The position numbers were made by a program, and so were the translations under genes. Below, piece by piece: positions 25,072 to 37,532 of a DNA stretch of 64,000 nucleotides (position 1 is the stretch's first letter; each line of letters starts with the position of its first letter). Under the pieces are notes generated by a model. It was not told where the DNA came from. It saw nothing but the letters and a program-made list of their open reading frames with translations, and did not search any database. The DNA is from Amphiscolops sp. MND2022 (Eukaryota), in assembly GCA_964187785.1 (NCBI GenBank), contig OZ076411.1:67828001-67892000 (forward strand). The letters run 5' to 3'.

Positions 25072-28000
25072 TAACAACCTTACCCTGCACTTCATCAATG
25101 AAGGGGGAGAGGGTACCCTCAAATCCAAATTTTTGCTCCGCGACAAATTGCGGAACGAGGCTTTTATCTGCCACTGCTGTGTTGGAAGCTGATACAGCAC
25201 CAACACTAAACCTTCTTCAAAACCACCTATCGACAACTCCAATGGATTCGGTTTGCAACTCTCACTTCCCTGGAACAAAGTCCCCACTATCAATTTCGAA
25301 GTTGCTGCCGGATTTGTTGAAGGAATCTATAGAGCCACGTTCTGCTAAACATGGTCTGCAGGATTTTATTTTGGTAGATCCACCAATCTGTATCACGTGG
25401 CTGCCTGGTGGTTCAACTAACACCCGACCAGCTGGACACAGACGTGGTCAACCACCGCGCACTTCCGGTGAACACTCATGGCAAACTGCTGCTATCCCTT
25501 CATGATGGACGTCGTCCACCACGCTCAGCCTTGGAAACCCTTCTACCATGGTCACACCAACTGAAAGGACATAGGCGTGGCCGCCCTCCGAATAACTATT
25601 CCAGATCGTGTCCACGACCCAATTTATCCTTTTGTATATTGCGTGTTGGGCATTATCTTCTGTCTAGTTCCTGCTTTCCTCATATCAAGGAGGATGCTCA
25701 ACGACTAAGGCCCGGGGAGTCAACTAAAGGCCGGGGAGCCCCAGTGGAGGACAACAACACCTCTATACTCCAGAATTGTGCTGGACAACTCCCAGAGGAT
25801 ATCACTGCGTTTGGTAATGGAAACTTTGCAACGTGATGTTCTTTTTCGAGCAGTTATTTCTGCAACTTTATTTCAACACTTTAGTAGTCATGTAAACGTA
25901 CGTCGCGACATTTTTGTTTCTAGTCTCCTTCCAAAAGTTTGAAACAGAATACTTCTGTTAATACAACAAGTAACTGAGAAACTCAAAAACTCTCCATGTA
26001 TCGTTTCGCCCGAAGGGTGCTATTTTTGTTTTGCGTGAATTTTCCAAAGCTGTCCAGTTTTTGCTTTATTTCAGCGTGCCACTCAAAAAATGCCGAGCTC
26101 GAGCGCTTCAAATATCTGGATTGCAGGATTTTGTCTATTCTGGCCTACTTCATTCCAGTGCTTACACTCACGAGCAGTTCGTAGTTTGCTTTTGATGCGC
26201 TCCTTAACAGATGCTACGAAACTCTATTCGGGTATGGAGCTGCATATCTGTGCGTGTTGCCCAATCCAAACCGAACTGTGAATAAAAAAGTATCAAAAAA
26301 CAGGTTGTCTTCCTTTTAACAGTGGTTTTTTCACTGAAACGAAGTTTTATCGACAACATCTTTCAACCTTGCTGCAATCTGAAATTTTATTCCCGTGGAA
26401 AAAGTTTTTTGCGGAGAACTACGTGCGCTTCGGAGCTTGAGGGCTCTGTAACAGAGGTTCTGGATGTCAAATAAAACAATGTGCTAGAAAAATTCTATTC
26501 AATTTTGGTGCAGAAAACCCGTGCTAACAAATTGGTGCTTTTTGGATTTGATCATTTTCAAGGTGCACTTTTTGAGTACTTGTTTTCTAGCTCGAGGGCT
26601 AGCTCTGTTTCAACAGTTTGTGGACGATGCAGGTTCCTGAATTGCAAGAAGCAAGACCTCAAGATTGCCCAATCAGTAAAAGTTGACAGTGCCACTGTAC
26701 CCTTGCAACGTCTGTTTGAACTCCCATTGGATTTCAATGATGATGTGGAGATAATTCCAGCTTCTCCGCATGACAGGGACGTCATGCCTAAGACCCGGGG
26801 AGTAATGTAACGGAAGCCTGTGATACAACGAGCTTTCAGAAAAAGTCGACCAAAAGTTCGTTCAAATCTGACGTGGCAAATTGAGCATGTTTTGGTCGAA
26901 GTACCTGTCAAAAAAGATGTTCAGAAGACGAAGCAAGCCGCCCGCGGAGACGACTGAACAGGAACACGGAGTGTAGAAGCCCATGCGCTTAGAAAACTCA
27001 TGAATAGATTCTTTTTGAGGTGCTAATTCCGGTTTTTACCGATTTTCAGCATTATGCTACCCAAAGTAGCAAGACCCGGAAAAATGCGTCTTTTCGCTTA
27101 ATTATCCATTTTTGGTGCTTGGAGTCTTTGCGCCCCAGCTTGTAGCTGTGTGGTTGGCCATATTCGTGCCTATTTTGATGTTTTTTCACTGGTTTTAACT
27201 AGCTCGAGCGCTACTTTTTGCAGTTTAGATCTTAGTACCCATTTTAGACTTATTCACATGTCACCCTGGAATTTCACCCTGAAATTGGAAAAATACACTG
27301 TTTATCCTTGGCGTTGTTTTTAAAGGCTGTGTAGACGGTGGTTATGAAGAGAAAATGCATAATGCCCGTTATTCTCAGCACTTACAGACTGGAACAGGCC
27401 GGAGAGCATCCCTAGAGACGGTTCCCCCTCCTCGGGACCGTCTATTCTCAGGAGGACAAAATGGGCTGGCGTTATGGTGATTGGTCCCGAATCTTAATCC
27501 ATGGCATCAGTTCCTCCACCCTGTGTAGCGAACAAACGCTAAGGGCTTTTCATTACACTTTGTTCCACAGTACGAATGCCACCTTTAGGACTTCTTTCTA
27601 TGAAACATTTTCTCCAGGCCTCGTCGCCAGGCACAGAAATCCGCGTTGGAGAAGTAGAAACTACCCCAAGTTTTTCATCAGCGCTTCTAGTAGCCATTGA
27701 CTGCTAAAATTAAGATTTTAGGTTCTTTAAAAAAACAATAAGAGAACAATTCCTTTTCTGAAACTTAGGAATCGCTTTAGAAATGAGCTCGTGTAAATCA
27801 CCCGTTTGAAAAAAAAACTGCGTAAAATATCGAGTAACAATAATTTCTTTCATTTCGTAGAAAACGTTAAAATATACAGTGGCCCCGATTTTCTTGTTTA
27901 ACACCATCTGTATCGCCTATCGAAATCAACATTTCAGTTAATCTCTAGAATCGCGAGCGCCCCGGAGTATCATCAAAAACATTTTGTCTACAATAGCAGC

Positions 28001-28354
28001 AATCACTTTCCAAAACTCAATTGATACTTTAGATTTTGTTCTACATCTGATATGTTATCGATTACAATGCTTGCATTGTTGAAAATCTCGCTCGAGAAAT
28101 TCAGCAACGTTAAAAATCCACGCTAGTAATGATGACAACTTTGTTCAAGTGAGTAATTTTCGATGGCATTATCGGTACCGATGGCATTATTTAAACCGAT
28201 TTTCGATGGCATTATCGGTATAAACTGTTTGAAAGAAAACAAAGCAAGTGAGAAAGGTTTTGAGGAGGAAAGTTTTTTCCCCAATTTTGCGGCGTGGACG
28301 CCATTACGCAGTTCTGCTTTTCTAAATCAGTCCCCCAGAGATGCAAGTGGGGGT

Positions 28355-31300
28355 TGTTCTATTTCTGCTTTGTTGAGATATAATAAAACAATGTCAGTAC
28401 TGATTTCTATTTTCTAATGCCAAACTGTATCGTAAATTTACGTTAACAACAATGGTTCCTTACGAAACTAATCTAGTGTACATATGTATATAAATATGTA
28501 TAAACAGAAAGAGGAACAATTATAGTTTGTTGGTATATGTTCATTTTCAGTTTGATTGGCACTTCATTGAACCGAATAATTCGGACGCGGTATATCACCG
28601 TATAACATTCCCCCCCTTCTGGGCTTCTCTTTCACATCTTGGAAGTTCCCGGCATTGGGCTCATCTCTCTTTGGAAATCTGCTGGTTTCGGTAGTACTGG
28701 TTCTGAACTACTTTGGTTATTTCCTGAAACAGATCATTTTTTATAACCAAAAGTTTTTTCTATATCGTACTCCCCCGTACAAATTCGGTTGACTACATTT
28801 TCGGCTTGACCTTCTAACAGGTGATTTTTCGGTTTCTAGAAATTTATTTTCATTCTCACCGGTAGGCATCTCACCGTCAGTGTGTAGTCTCAATTCGTCT
28901 TCGGGATTTGTGTTGATCGGCTACTACCCGTTTCTTTCAGACGTATCCGGATTTTCCATCTCGAAATCGCTTTCCTCGTCAATTTCACCCTCCTCGCTTT
29001 CTGATTCCGATTCGTATTTATGTGTTCGGTTTTGTATGATTTTCAATTTTCCATTCAGTATATCGCGGAGTATTTCATTCCACTGAATGTATTTCCCGTC
29101 GACGCCTCGGAGACAGTGTCGATTCTTCGGTGTAATTTTGTCTCCGATTTGCGGTGCCCGTTCTTTCTTCTTTTCGGTCTGAAATACAATTGGTCCCGAA
29201 ATGTGTTTTCGGTGAATTATTTTTCCACTTTCGGTGGTTACCGTATGTTCGGTTCCGCTTACCGCGGTTTGAATTTTCTTTTGAAATTTTCCTTCTAGTG
29301 ATTTTCTATTGTAGTTTTTTCTACAAATTTAAAGGGATATTCACTAACCGAATGTTTCTTTTTCGGTTGTTTGTCCACCGCCTTTTCCTCGGCTTTGGTT
29401 TTTGCCAAGACCAGGTAATTTGTCATCCTCCTCTTCATCCCTCGATACATAGATTGGGATTTTTGGCTTTCTTTCAGCTGAAACAGATAGTTCCGTCTAA
29501 TCAGAGAGAAATGATTTACCGTCTTTAACCAGATTGGTTAATTCGGTTCGCGGCTTTCTACCGTGGTGTAGTTCGAATGGCGTTAATTTTAATCCGGTGT
29601 GTATTGTAAATCGCATTAATTTTATTGCTCTGTTTACACATTCGGTCAGGCATAAATTGTCTTCTAAATTAGCCACTATTAAGTTCTTCATGGTTTGTAT
29701 AGCACGTTCTACTGCTCCCGTACCGGTATGTATTCTCGGTAGGCTGTATTCTATTTCAATGTTTTTCGATTTACAGAATTCAATGTAGTCTTTTGAAATA
29801 AACGCTCTGCCTTTATCCGATTTAATTTTTTCCGGTATTCCGTACAAGTTAAAGTTTTGTTTTAGGAAGTTAATTACTTCTTTTGTTTCGGATGTTTTGC
29901 AAATTTTTACGGTCGGCCATTTACTAAATCTATCTACCGCAATTAGTAGCTGGTTCTCCCCGTTCAATTTTTTATTGTGTAATTTTCCGGTAAAATCGAT
30001 TTGAATTTCTTGTCCCGGTTCGGTAAGTGTTTTTAATTTTCCGCTTTCGTTTTTCGGTAATTGATATTTTAAATTCTTACCAGATGATAAGCAGGCTACA
30101 CAATTTTTGACTTTTTCTTCGATGTCTTTGGTGATGTTTGGCCACCAAAAGATTTTTGCTTCCGCAGCCATTTTGGTGGTTTTCGCATGTCCAAAGTGTA
30201 AGGTATTCAATAGCTTCTTTCGGAGTTCGGTTGGTACATTTATTTTGTCGTTTATGAAAGTTAGTCCCCATCTTGTTGAGATGTTTTCGAATTGTTGTCG
30301 ATAATGTTCGGGTGCCATGCTGCGGTCTTCTCTTGTTAATGCTAGTTTTACCCGGTTTAGTTCGGCGTCCGTTGCCGATTTTGCAATTAAGCTTTTCAGG
30401 TCCAGCATGAAATCCATTTCCGCTTTCTTAATTGTTTCTTCGGTGGCTTTGTTTCCTTCGGTGACCACTCCGATTATTGGATTGATTTGCACGTAGTGTG
30501 CCTCTTTTCCTTCCGTGTTGTAGTTCTTTAGATCAACAATTGGTAGGTTGTCCCCGCGTATGATTTGGCTTTCTCCTTCACTCTTCGGGTCCTTTGATTG
30601 TTCTTCCGGCAATTGTTCTTCCATCGGAATTTGTTCCTGTTCTTCTCTAATTGTTTGTAGGGGTTGGTATCCTCCTCCCAACCTGTTTGCCCGTTGTATC
30701 AATTGTCCGTCTATTTCGGCGATTTCTTTCCTACTTCTTTTGTTCGGTCGGGATAGGACAAAGATTGTTCGTTGGGCATTCTGGTCATATCTTCTTCTCA
30801 TTGTGCCGGGTCTAGAAATCTCTAGCCTTCTCTCCACTAATCTTCGGGTTTCCGGACTCTTTTCTCTCCTTTGTATAATTTGCATGATTTCGGCAAATGC
30901 GCCCCAATGAAAGTAATCGCGGTCCATTTCTTTTTCAATTGATGCTGTTGCTGGTTTCAAATGATTATGTAATGGTAAAGTTTCTTGGCGTTTGAATTCT
31001 ATCGCGTCGCTATTTGGACTGGTTTCCGTTCGTTCGTTTGTTTTGTTCACGTGTCGGTTTTTCTCGAATGTTCTATTCGTTTCTGATTGGCCGCTCAATT
31101 CACAGTCGTGTGTAATTTTTGCGTTCGGTGCATGCTAAAATTGGTTTGTGAAAACTCTTCCGTATTTCAGATTCAATTCGGCTTGTTCCGTGAGAGTATT
31201 TATTACGTATTGTTCATCGTATGTGTTTTCGGTCGTGGCGCCCTCTACCGGATTGCGGCTTAAATAGTCCGTGAATTTCAAGTTGCTTCCGGCTATATGT

Positions 31301-34245
31301 TGTATTGAGATATCAAAATGTGCTAGCCGGTCTAACCATCTGGTTAGTCTTGCGCTGTATTTTTTGTTACATCTATTTCGTTTAATTAGGGGTTCTAATG
31401 CTTGGTGATCGGTGTATAAAAACACCTTTTTCCCGTATAAGTAAAAACGGAATTTTTCTAATCCCCATACAACTGCTAATAATTCAAGTTCTCCGATCGC
31501 TTAATTCTTTTCGCTGTCATTAAGGAATCTACTACCGAACGCTATCGATTTTAATTCTCCATCTGCGTGTTTTTGCCATAATGTTATTCCGAGACCGGTT
31601 TTGCTTGCGTCGGTTGATACAATGTTGTCTTTGTCTTTTGCGTAGTGTGCTAATGCCGGTTCTTCGGTGAGCATTTTTTTGATCATTTTGAAATCATTTT
31701 GTTGTTCCGTTTCCCAATTCCATTCTGTATTTTTCTTCAGTAGTTTTCGTAATTTGTCGGTTCTTTCTGACAGCCTTGGTAGGAATTTTTCTAGGTACTG
31801 TATTGCCCCGAGAAACGATTTTAATTGCTTCGGGTTTTCCGGGTGTTTCAAATCCAGTATGGCTTTACTTTTTCTTTGTTTGGTTTTATTCCTTCTTCGT
31901 CTATTTCATGTCCGAGCCATTTCATTTTGTTTTGAAAGAATTCGGATTTCTTCTCACTTGCTCTATAACCGGCATCTTCCAATTTCTTCAGTACATCGAG
32001 CAGTTTTTTTTCGTGATCTTTTCGGTCTCCCCGTGTTACTACTATAATATCGTCTAACCATGCGGGTGTACAATATTCCAGTGTTCGGTCAATTTTTTCC
32101 TGAAAAATTGTGGGTATGTCGGCTAATCCGTAGAATCCTTTTTTAAATCGGTAGTAGCCGCTAAAATTTCATCCGGTAATTGCAAATACACATTGTCTGC
32201 TTGTTTCTTCCGATAACATCATTTGACCGTATGCATAATCAAGATCTATTTTTGACATCATTAATTCTTTCGTTCGGTCTTTTGTTATCTCCACCGAAAT
32301 TTGGTTCAGCAGTTCTTCCATGTTCGGCATGTGAGGTCGGACTTTGATGCAACTGTCATTCAGTTTTCGTGAATCGAGTGCTATTTTTACCGATTTATCG
32401 TTTTTCACAGTTATCACCACCGGTGACACAAAACAGTCTTCATCTACTTGTTTTACTCTTTCCAAGTGTCCGGATTTCGTTAATTTTTCAATTTATTTTC
32501 CGACTGCTTCTTGTAGATGAAGAGGGATCGGTCTTGCTTTTTGTTTTACCGGATAATGTCCAGGTTTCAATTGTATATTTATTTCATATATTTATTTCAT
32601 ATATTTCTTTTATGGTTGTGTTATTCTTGAACAAGTCCGGAAATTTCTCTACGATCTGTCTCTTTTCTGATTGGTTGTTATCGTCCAATCGGATGTTGCC
32701 GATTGTTAATTTGAATTTCTTTAACAAGTCCATTCCAAGTAGTGGTGTTATGTCATTTCGTTCGGTAATTATTTGTTGCATCTTTTGTTTGTTGTTCTCA
32801 TATTCGATGTCTACTGGTATCTTTCCCCGGAATTTTACTTCGTTCTTGTTTACATTTTGGTACCGGTGTCTCACTTTTTGGATTTCGGTATCTTTCACTA
32901 TTGTTTTATCCGCCGGCATTATCGATATTGGTGATCCGGTGTCTATTATAAATTCTTTCTCCGTTCCGTTGATTTTCACTGTCGTTGTTAAATATTTGTT
33001 TTTGTCCACGATTCTGTTTATTCTTTCAATTCTGTAGATACTCGATTCTGATTCGTCGCTTTCTTCATCAATTGTTGAGGCTTCGTTCTCGGTTACATTC
33101 CGTATTTTGCGTTTGTGATAATCTTTTTGTCTGCATGCCCGGGCGAAGTGGCCCTTCTTTCCGCAATTATTGCATGTCTGATCTAATGCTGGGCATTTGT
33201 GTGAGTGGTTCCAGTTCGGTGCATTGCAGAATCTACATGGTCTGTTATTGTTGAATTTATTTCTCGGTCGTGTGTTAAATTTGTCCATTCTCTGTATCGG
33301 TTCTTCTTTAATCTCTTTTTCTCGGTTTGATATTAGTGCTTCCGGTATTGTGTTTTTGTTGTTTTTCTTCTCGTATGTGTTTTGCTTGATCATTTCTATC
33401 GCTTTTTTCATCTCGAGTTTCTTTTTTTCATTAATTTGTCTCGGAGTTTCTTGTCCGTAATTGCGGTCAAATATTTCGAAATGAGTAATTTTTCGGCTGT
33501 TATGCTTTCGAAGTTGCATTCTTTTTCGATTTCTATCAGTCTTCGCCAGAAGTCCTCTGGTGTTTCGGATTCTGTTTGTTTAGTCCAGAAAATTTCTCCC
33601 CGGTTGTGATATGTATTTCTTTTTGGTAAGAAATACTCGTTGAATAGCCGAATTAATTCTTTGATTGCGATTTTGTCCGGTTCTGTCTTGTACTCTGCTC
33701 TTGTCATTTGGTATAGAGCTTCTGGGCCAATACCCCATATGAAATCGTTTTGTACTTGGTTTTCTTTTGTGGCCCAGTCTGCTTGCGTCATGTCTTCTCC
33801 TCGGATCAATTCCGCAATGTCCGTTTTGTATTTCCGTTTTGTGTATTGCCGGAATCGTTCAAGCCATTGTTTCAGTGTGAATATCTTCTTTCCGTCTGTT
33901 GTTGCTTCGAAGTTGGGCACCTCGATTTGTGTTGCTTCTTGTGTCATTGTTTATTTGTTTCGATAAAATCAAATTAGGAAGCTGACTGCGCCATGTTCTA
34001 TTTCTGCTTTGTTGAGATATAATAAAACAATGTCAGTACTGATTTCTATTTTCTAATGCCAAACTGTATCGTAAATTTACGTTAACAACAATGGTTCCTT
34101 ACGAAACTAATCTAGTGTACATGTGTATATAAATATGTATAAACAGAAAGAGAAACAATTATAGTTTGTTGGTGTATTTTCATTTTCAGTTTGATTGGCA
34201 CTTCATTGACCGAATAATTCGGACGCGGTATATCACCGTATAACA
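28355..34245 (-). mobile_element. Ty3/Gypsy LTR retrotransposon C (Mag-like), full length, decayed
   Basis: LTRs 28355-28607 and 33994-34245, with about 5 differences seen. TSD GGGGT on both sides. PBS TGGCGCAGTCAGC (33981-33993, minus). PPT AGAAGGGGGGGAA (28608-28620, minus). Confidence 0.95.
29000..33947 (-). pseudogene. gag-pol: gag-pol of element C, fragmented
   Basis: CNNCGKKGHFARAC knuckle, IIDTGSP protease, WLDD RT motif near 32055, TDASKTG RNase H, LHFGH...CVAC and IKSDKG...VERAIQ integrase, across ORFs 33408-33947, 32584-33519, 32169-32465, 31501-31851, 31135-31425 and 29497-31098. Confidence 0.9.
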
Positions 34246-34959
34246 GGGGTCACTTATGTTTGACCCATAATCCATGCGACCCATCGGGGCTCTGACCCAT
34301 GACCCACTTGATCCATCGGAGTTCTGACCCATGACCCATAACTTGATCAAAAATGTGTTACTAGGAAAGTTAAATTTAAAAGCAAAATATATTTGTAGCT
34401 TTCCTATATTACAGATATAGCTTCAATAACATTTGGCGAAAGTCGATTTCTCAGTGTGTGATAATATGACGTGCGTTGAAGGCACTATAATGGCCATTTT
34501 TGAGAGTTTTGACAGAGTTTTTCTGTTTTTTGACACCCATTGAAGAGGATCCAATATGCTTGCACCATGTTTTTGTGCTTCTTTCTTGTAGGATGCAAAT
34601 GACTGCCCGGTAAACTCTACTTTGACCCATCTTGACCCATCATACTTTTTGCCCTGACCCTTGACCCACCTGACCTACGAGAAAAAGCGACCCATTTGAC
34701 CCATTGAACCTCTGACCATGACCCACTTGCATCTCTGATCTCCCCATAGCAAGCTATAATGCAATTGTTTTGGTTTGCAGCCAAGTGGTCAAGCAATAGT
34801 CGGCTTGAAGCTGTGGTTTCGAAGTGCTTTGCTCAAGGTCACAATGATCTGGCTGATCACCATGGCGTTTTATTTTGCTTTCCTCCTGCGAATGCGTTAT
34901 TTTTTTTCCTTGACCATACCACTAAGCTAGGGCTGGAGGACTTGCTCAAAGCCCAACAA

Positions 34960-35036
34960 TGGTGTGCTGTGAGCGATTCGAACATGATACCACCCCAGTA
35001 CAGGCCGAATGCTCTAACCACTACACCATGCTCCCC
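34960..35036 (-). ncRNA. Degenerate tRNA-derived sequence (SINE head or tRNA pseudogene)
   Basis: GGGGAGCATGGTGTAGTGGTTAGAGC...ATGTTCGAATC with A-box and B-box matches. Acceptor and T stems do not pair properly. Confidence 0.5.
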
Positions 35037-35200
35037 TTTTTGTGAAGTATTTGAGTTTTGCCTGCTAACCAAGTTTTATAAAACTCCCTCGTGATTCGAT
35101 TGTGGATTCATTAAGTATTACAAGATGAAGGTTTCCTTTGGAAATTCTTCTCGAAACACCCAGTAGACGATGGAAGAACAAACAAGCCGGTAACAGCCCA

Positions 35201-35733
35201 AGTCGGCGCCATATCTAAGGCTCAAAAATAGCAAAAGGACTTCAATGTGTCAAGTATTCTCTTCTACAGTACCCACGTGAGGAAAACTTTTAAAAAATCC
35301 GAAATTTTTTGAATTATTTTTTGAAATTTTTTGGTCTCCGGTAAGTCGCATAGTGCCGAAAAATTGTAAAAGGGGCCCTTTGGGAGGTTTTGAACATCCA
35401 TTTTTATGCAAAATAGAAAAAAAATGAAGGGTGGACCCTTTGGAGACATTTAAAAAAATTGCGAAAAAAGTCTCACAAAGCCGAAAAAACCTGCACAAAA
35501 AAATTTGATCAAGGACGGGACTCGAACCCACGTCCTTCTGCTTGGCAGACCTCAAAAAGCTTAATTAACCTCTATGCCAAGTGCCAGCAGTGATAGCTAG
35601 CGTTGCAGTTACTGTTAGTGCAGTGAAGTCAGCTCAGCTATTTATAACTCTTTATAAAATCTGTCAGTTCGTTGGTCTTAAAAAAAAAGAAGTCACCACT
35701 ATAGTCTGCGTTTTTCTTCGAAAAGCGCCGACT
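35201..35733. repeat. HINE/DINE-1-like repeat copy with tRNA-like A and B boxes on the minus strand
   Basis: AGTCGGCGCCATATCTAAGG ... AAGCGCCGACT. Minus strand TGGCATAGAGG...GTCTGCCAAGCAGA...GGGTTCGAGTCCC at ~35510-35580. Confidence 0.65.
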
Positions 35734-36027
35734 AAAAAATTGGGTTTTGGAAGATCCCGCTTCTTAAATAAGAACTAATGGGACTAAGTTAAATATTTCA
35801 TAACAAAACATTCAGCTTTTCAACGAATGCATCTCAGAAATCAAGAACTCTGTTAGTTTCCGTTCTTCGAGAAAAAGTGGTAAATGTACACTATTTTTCT
35901 CTGACGAGTTTTTGGTCTAGGAACTTAAAATTTTTCAGATACTTACTTCTGCCCAAATCACAATGACCGGTGTAAAGTTACATAGAAACGATAAAAAATG
36001 TTATATAAACAAGGCGAGACCGGCCCA

Positions 36028-36671
36028 AGTCAGCGCCATATCCAAGGCTCAAAAATAGCAAAAAAGACTTCCAAGTGTCAAGTATTCTTTTACAGTACTC
36101 GAAAATCGAAAATTTTACGAAAAAAATTTTTCGAAAAAATTACATACTCAAAAAATGGACCGAGTGGCGCGCCGGGACCCGCTAGCGCGAGCCCCTGGCG
36201 CGCTGAAAGGAGGACACTTCCGAAATTGTCAACGTTTTTGTCGCAGTTGAAGGGGTTTTGTCACAAAACATCAAAAAATTGAAGTGGGGAAAAAATTTTA
36301 TTTTCGGAAAAAAAATCACAGTGCCGAAAAAAAACAAAGGGAGACCCTTTGGGATTTTCCAACATCCATTCTGTCGCAAAGCAGCAAAAAAATTGAGGGG
36401 GGACCCTTTGGGGAAAAAGTTTTTTCCGGAAAAATAGGTCTCGCAGTGCCGAAAAAAAATTGAAAAGGGGACCCTTTGGTCTCGCCCGGTAGGGTATGTT
36501 ACGCGGGAAAACAGGAAAAACCTTTTTGGTTCAGTTCGCTAGGCCAAATGGTGCAATTTGGTGCAATAATATTTTGTAGAACTTTTAAGAACTATTTGGT
36601 CAGTTCGTGTGGATTGAAAAAAAAAGAAAAGCCACTATAATAGTCGCGTTTCACTTCATGAAGCGCCGACT
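36028..36671. repeat. HINE/DINE-1-like repeat copy
   Basis: Same terminal motifs and GGGGACCCTTTG subrepeats as the other copies. Confidence 0.65.
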
Positions 36672-36788
36672 AAAAATAAATCACGTCATCTAGCATCGGT
36701 ACTGGCTTGAGCCAATGGTTCAAATTGTCTTGCGCTAGTTATGAGCGGAAATTGGCAAACGCCAGAAAGGACTGTACCTTACTTCAAC

Positions 36789-37057
36789 CAGAGGTTTTTT
36801 CGCTGATTTTTCCGCTAATCGCTGAACCGCTAATTTCAAAATCGCTATTTTGATGGATCACTTAAATTTTTGCAAGAATTTTTTATACTGTGAGGGTTTT
36901 ACAGGTGAAGATTTGGAGTTTTTCGGAATTCATTTTGAAATTTTGCGTTTTTACCGATGAAAATTTTAATTGAATTTTTAATTTGAATCGCTGATAGAAT
37001 CGCTGAAAAAAGAAACCGCTAGTTCGCTAAACCGCTGATTAGCCGTGTCAAACTCTG
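36789..37057. mobile_element. hAT-like MITE (269 bp)
   Basis: CAGAG...CTCTG termini, perfect 8-bp TSD ACTTCAAC (36781-36788 and 37058-37065), and subterminal CGCT(G/A)A repeats. Confidence 0.8.
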
Positions 37058-37532
37058 ACTTCAACTTAAATCAATTTGATTTGTGGGACATGTGTTACAT
37101 GCTAGTGTGTTGTTCTTGTAACGAACTTCCTAATTATGGTGACACTTGCCCCCTTCGATTACATTTGTTCCAGAAAAAAGAAACCACAAGGATTTTTTTG
37201 TAAACTCCAGTTGAATTATTTGTAGGAGCTCGTTCGCCAACTTAGCCCCAATATGTAACTTTTGCGAAACGTTTCCCCAAATGTAGTCATCTAGCTGTTC
37301 GAGCGTGATTCCAAAGTTTTTCGGAATACACTTTTTGATTGGCCAAAGTTTTGAAATTTTATGGGAAGCGTTAACGCGAAACTATTACCGACTCAATTGG
37401 AGCCAGCTTTCTGTAATGAAAACAAGCCGGGAACGGCATAAGTCGGCGCCATATCTAAGGCTCAGAAATAGTAAAAGGACTTCAAACTGTCAAGTATTCC
37501 TTACTTTACAAGTATTCTTTACAAGTATTCAG

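Larger units (their letters stand above)
2783..27557 (+). mobile_element. Non-autonomous LTR element B (LARD-like); its 5' LTR is split by element A
   Basis: 3' LTR TGTAACGGAAGCC...CATTACA at 26806-27557 is preceded by purine-rich GGGGAGTAA. It matches 2783-3161 joined to 20142-~20531. PBS-like TGGCGACCAC at 20548-20557. No gag or pol motifs recognised in 20560-26800. TSD imperfect (CTTT-like). Confidence 0.8.
28336..34737. mobile_element. hAT-like MITE (~0.5 kb) interrupted by LTR element C
   Basis: Perfect 16-bp TIR CAGAGATGCAAGTGGG (28336) / CCCACTTGCATCTCTG (ends 34737). Many subterminal TGACCC repeats in 34260-34725. Imperfect 8-bp flanks CAGTCCCC / ATCTCCCC. Confidence 0.75.

Noticed and set aside
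34960-35036. Functional tRNA gene
   Set aside because: A and B boxes are present, but the acceptor and T stems do not base-pair.
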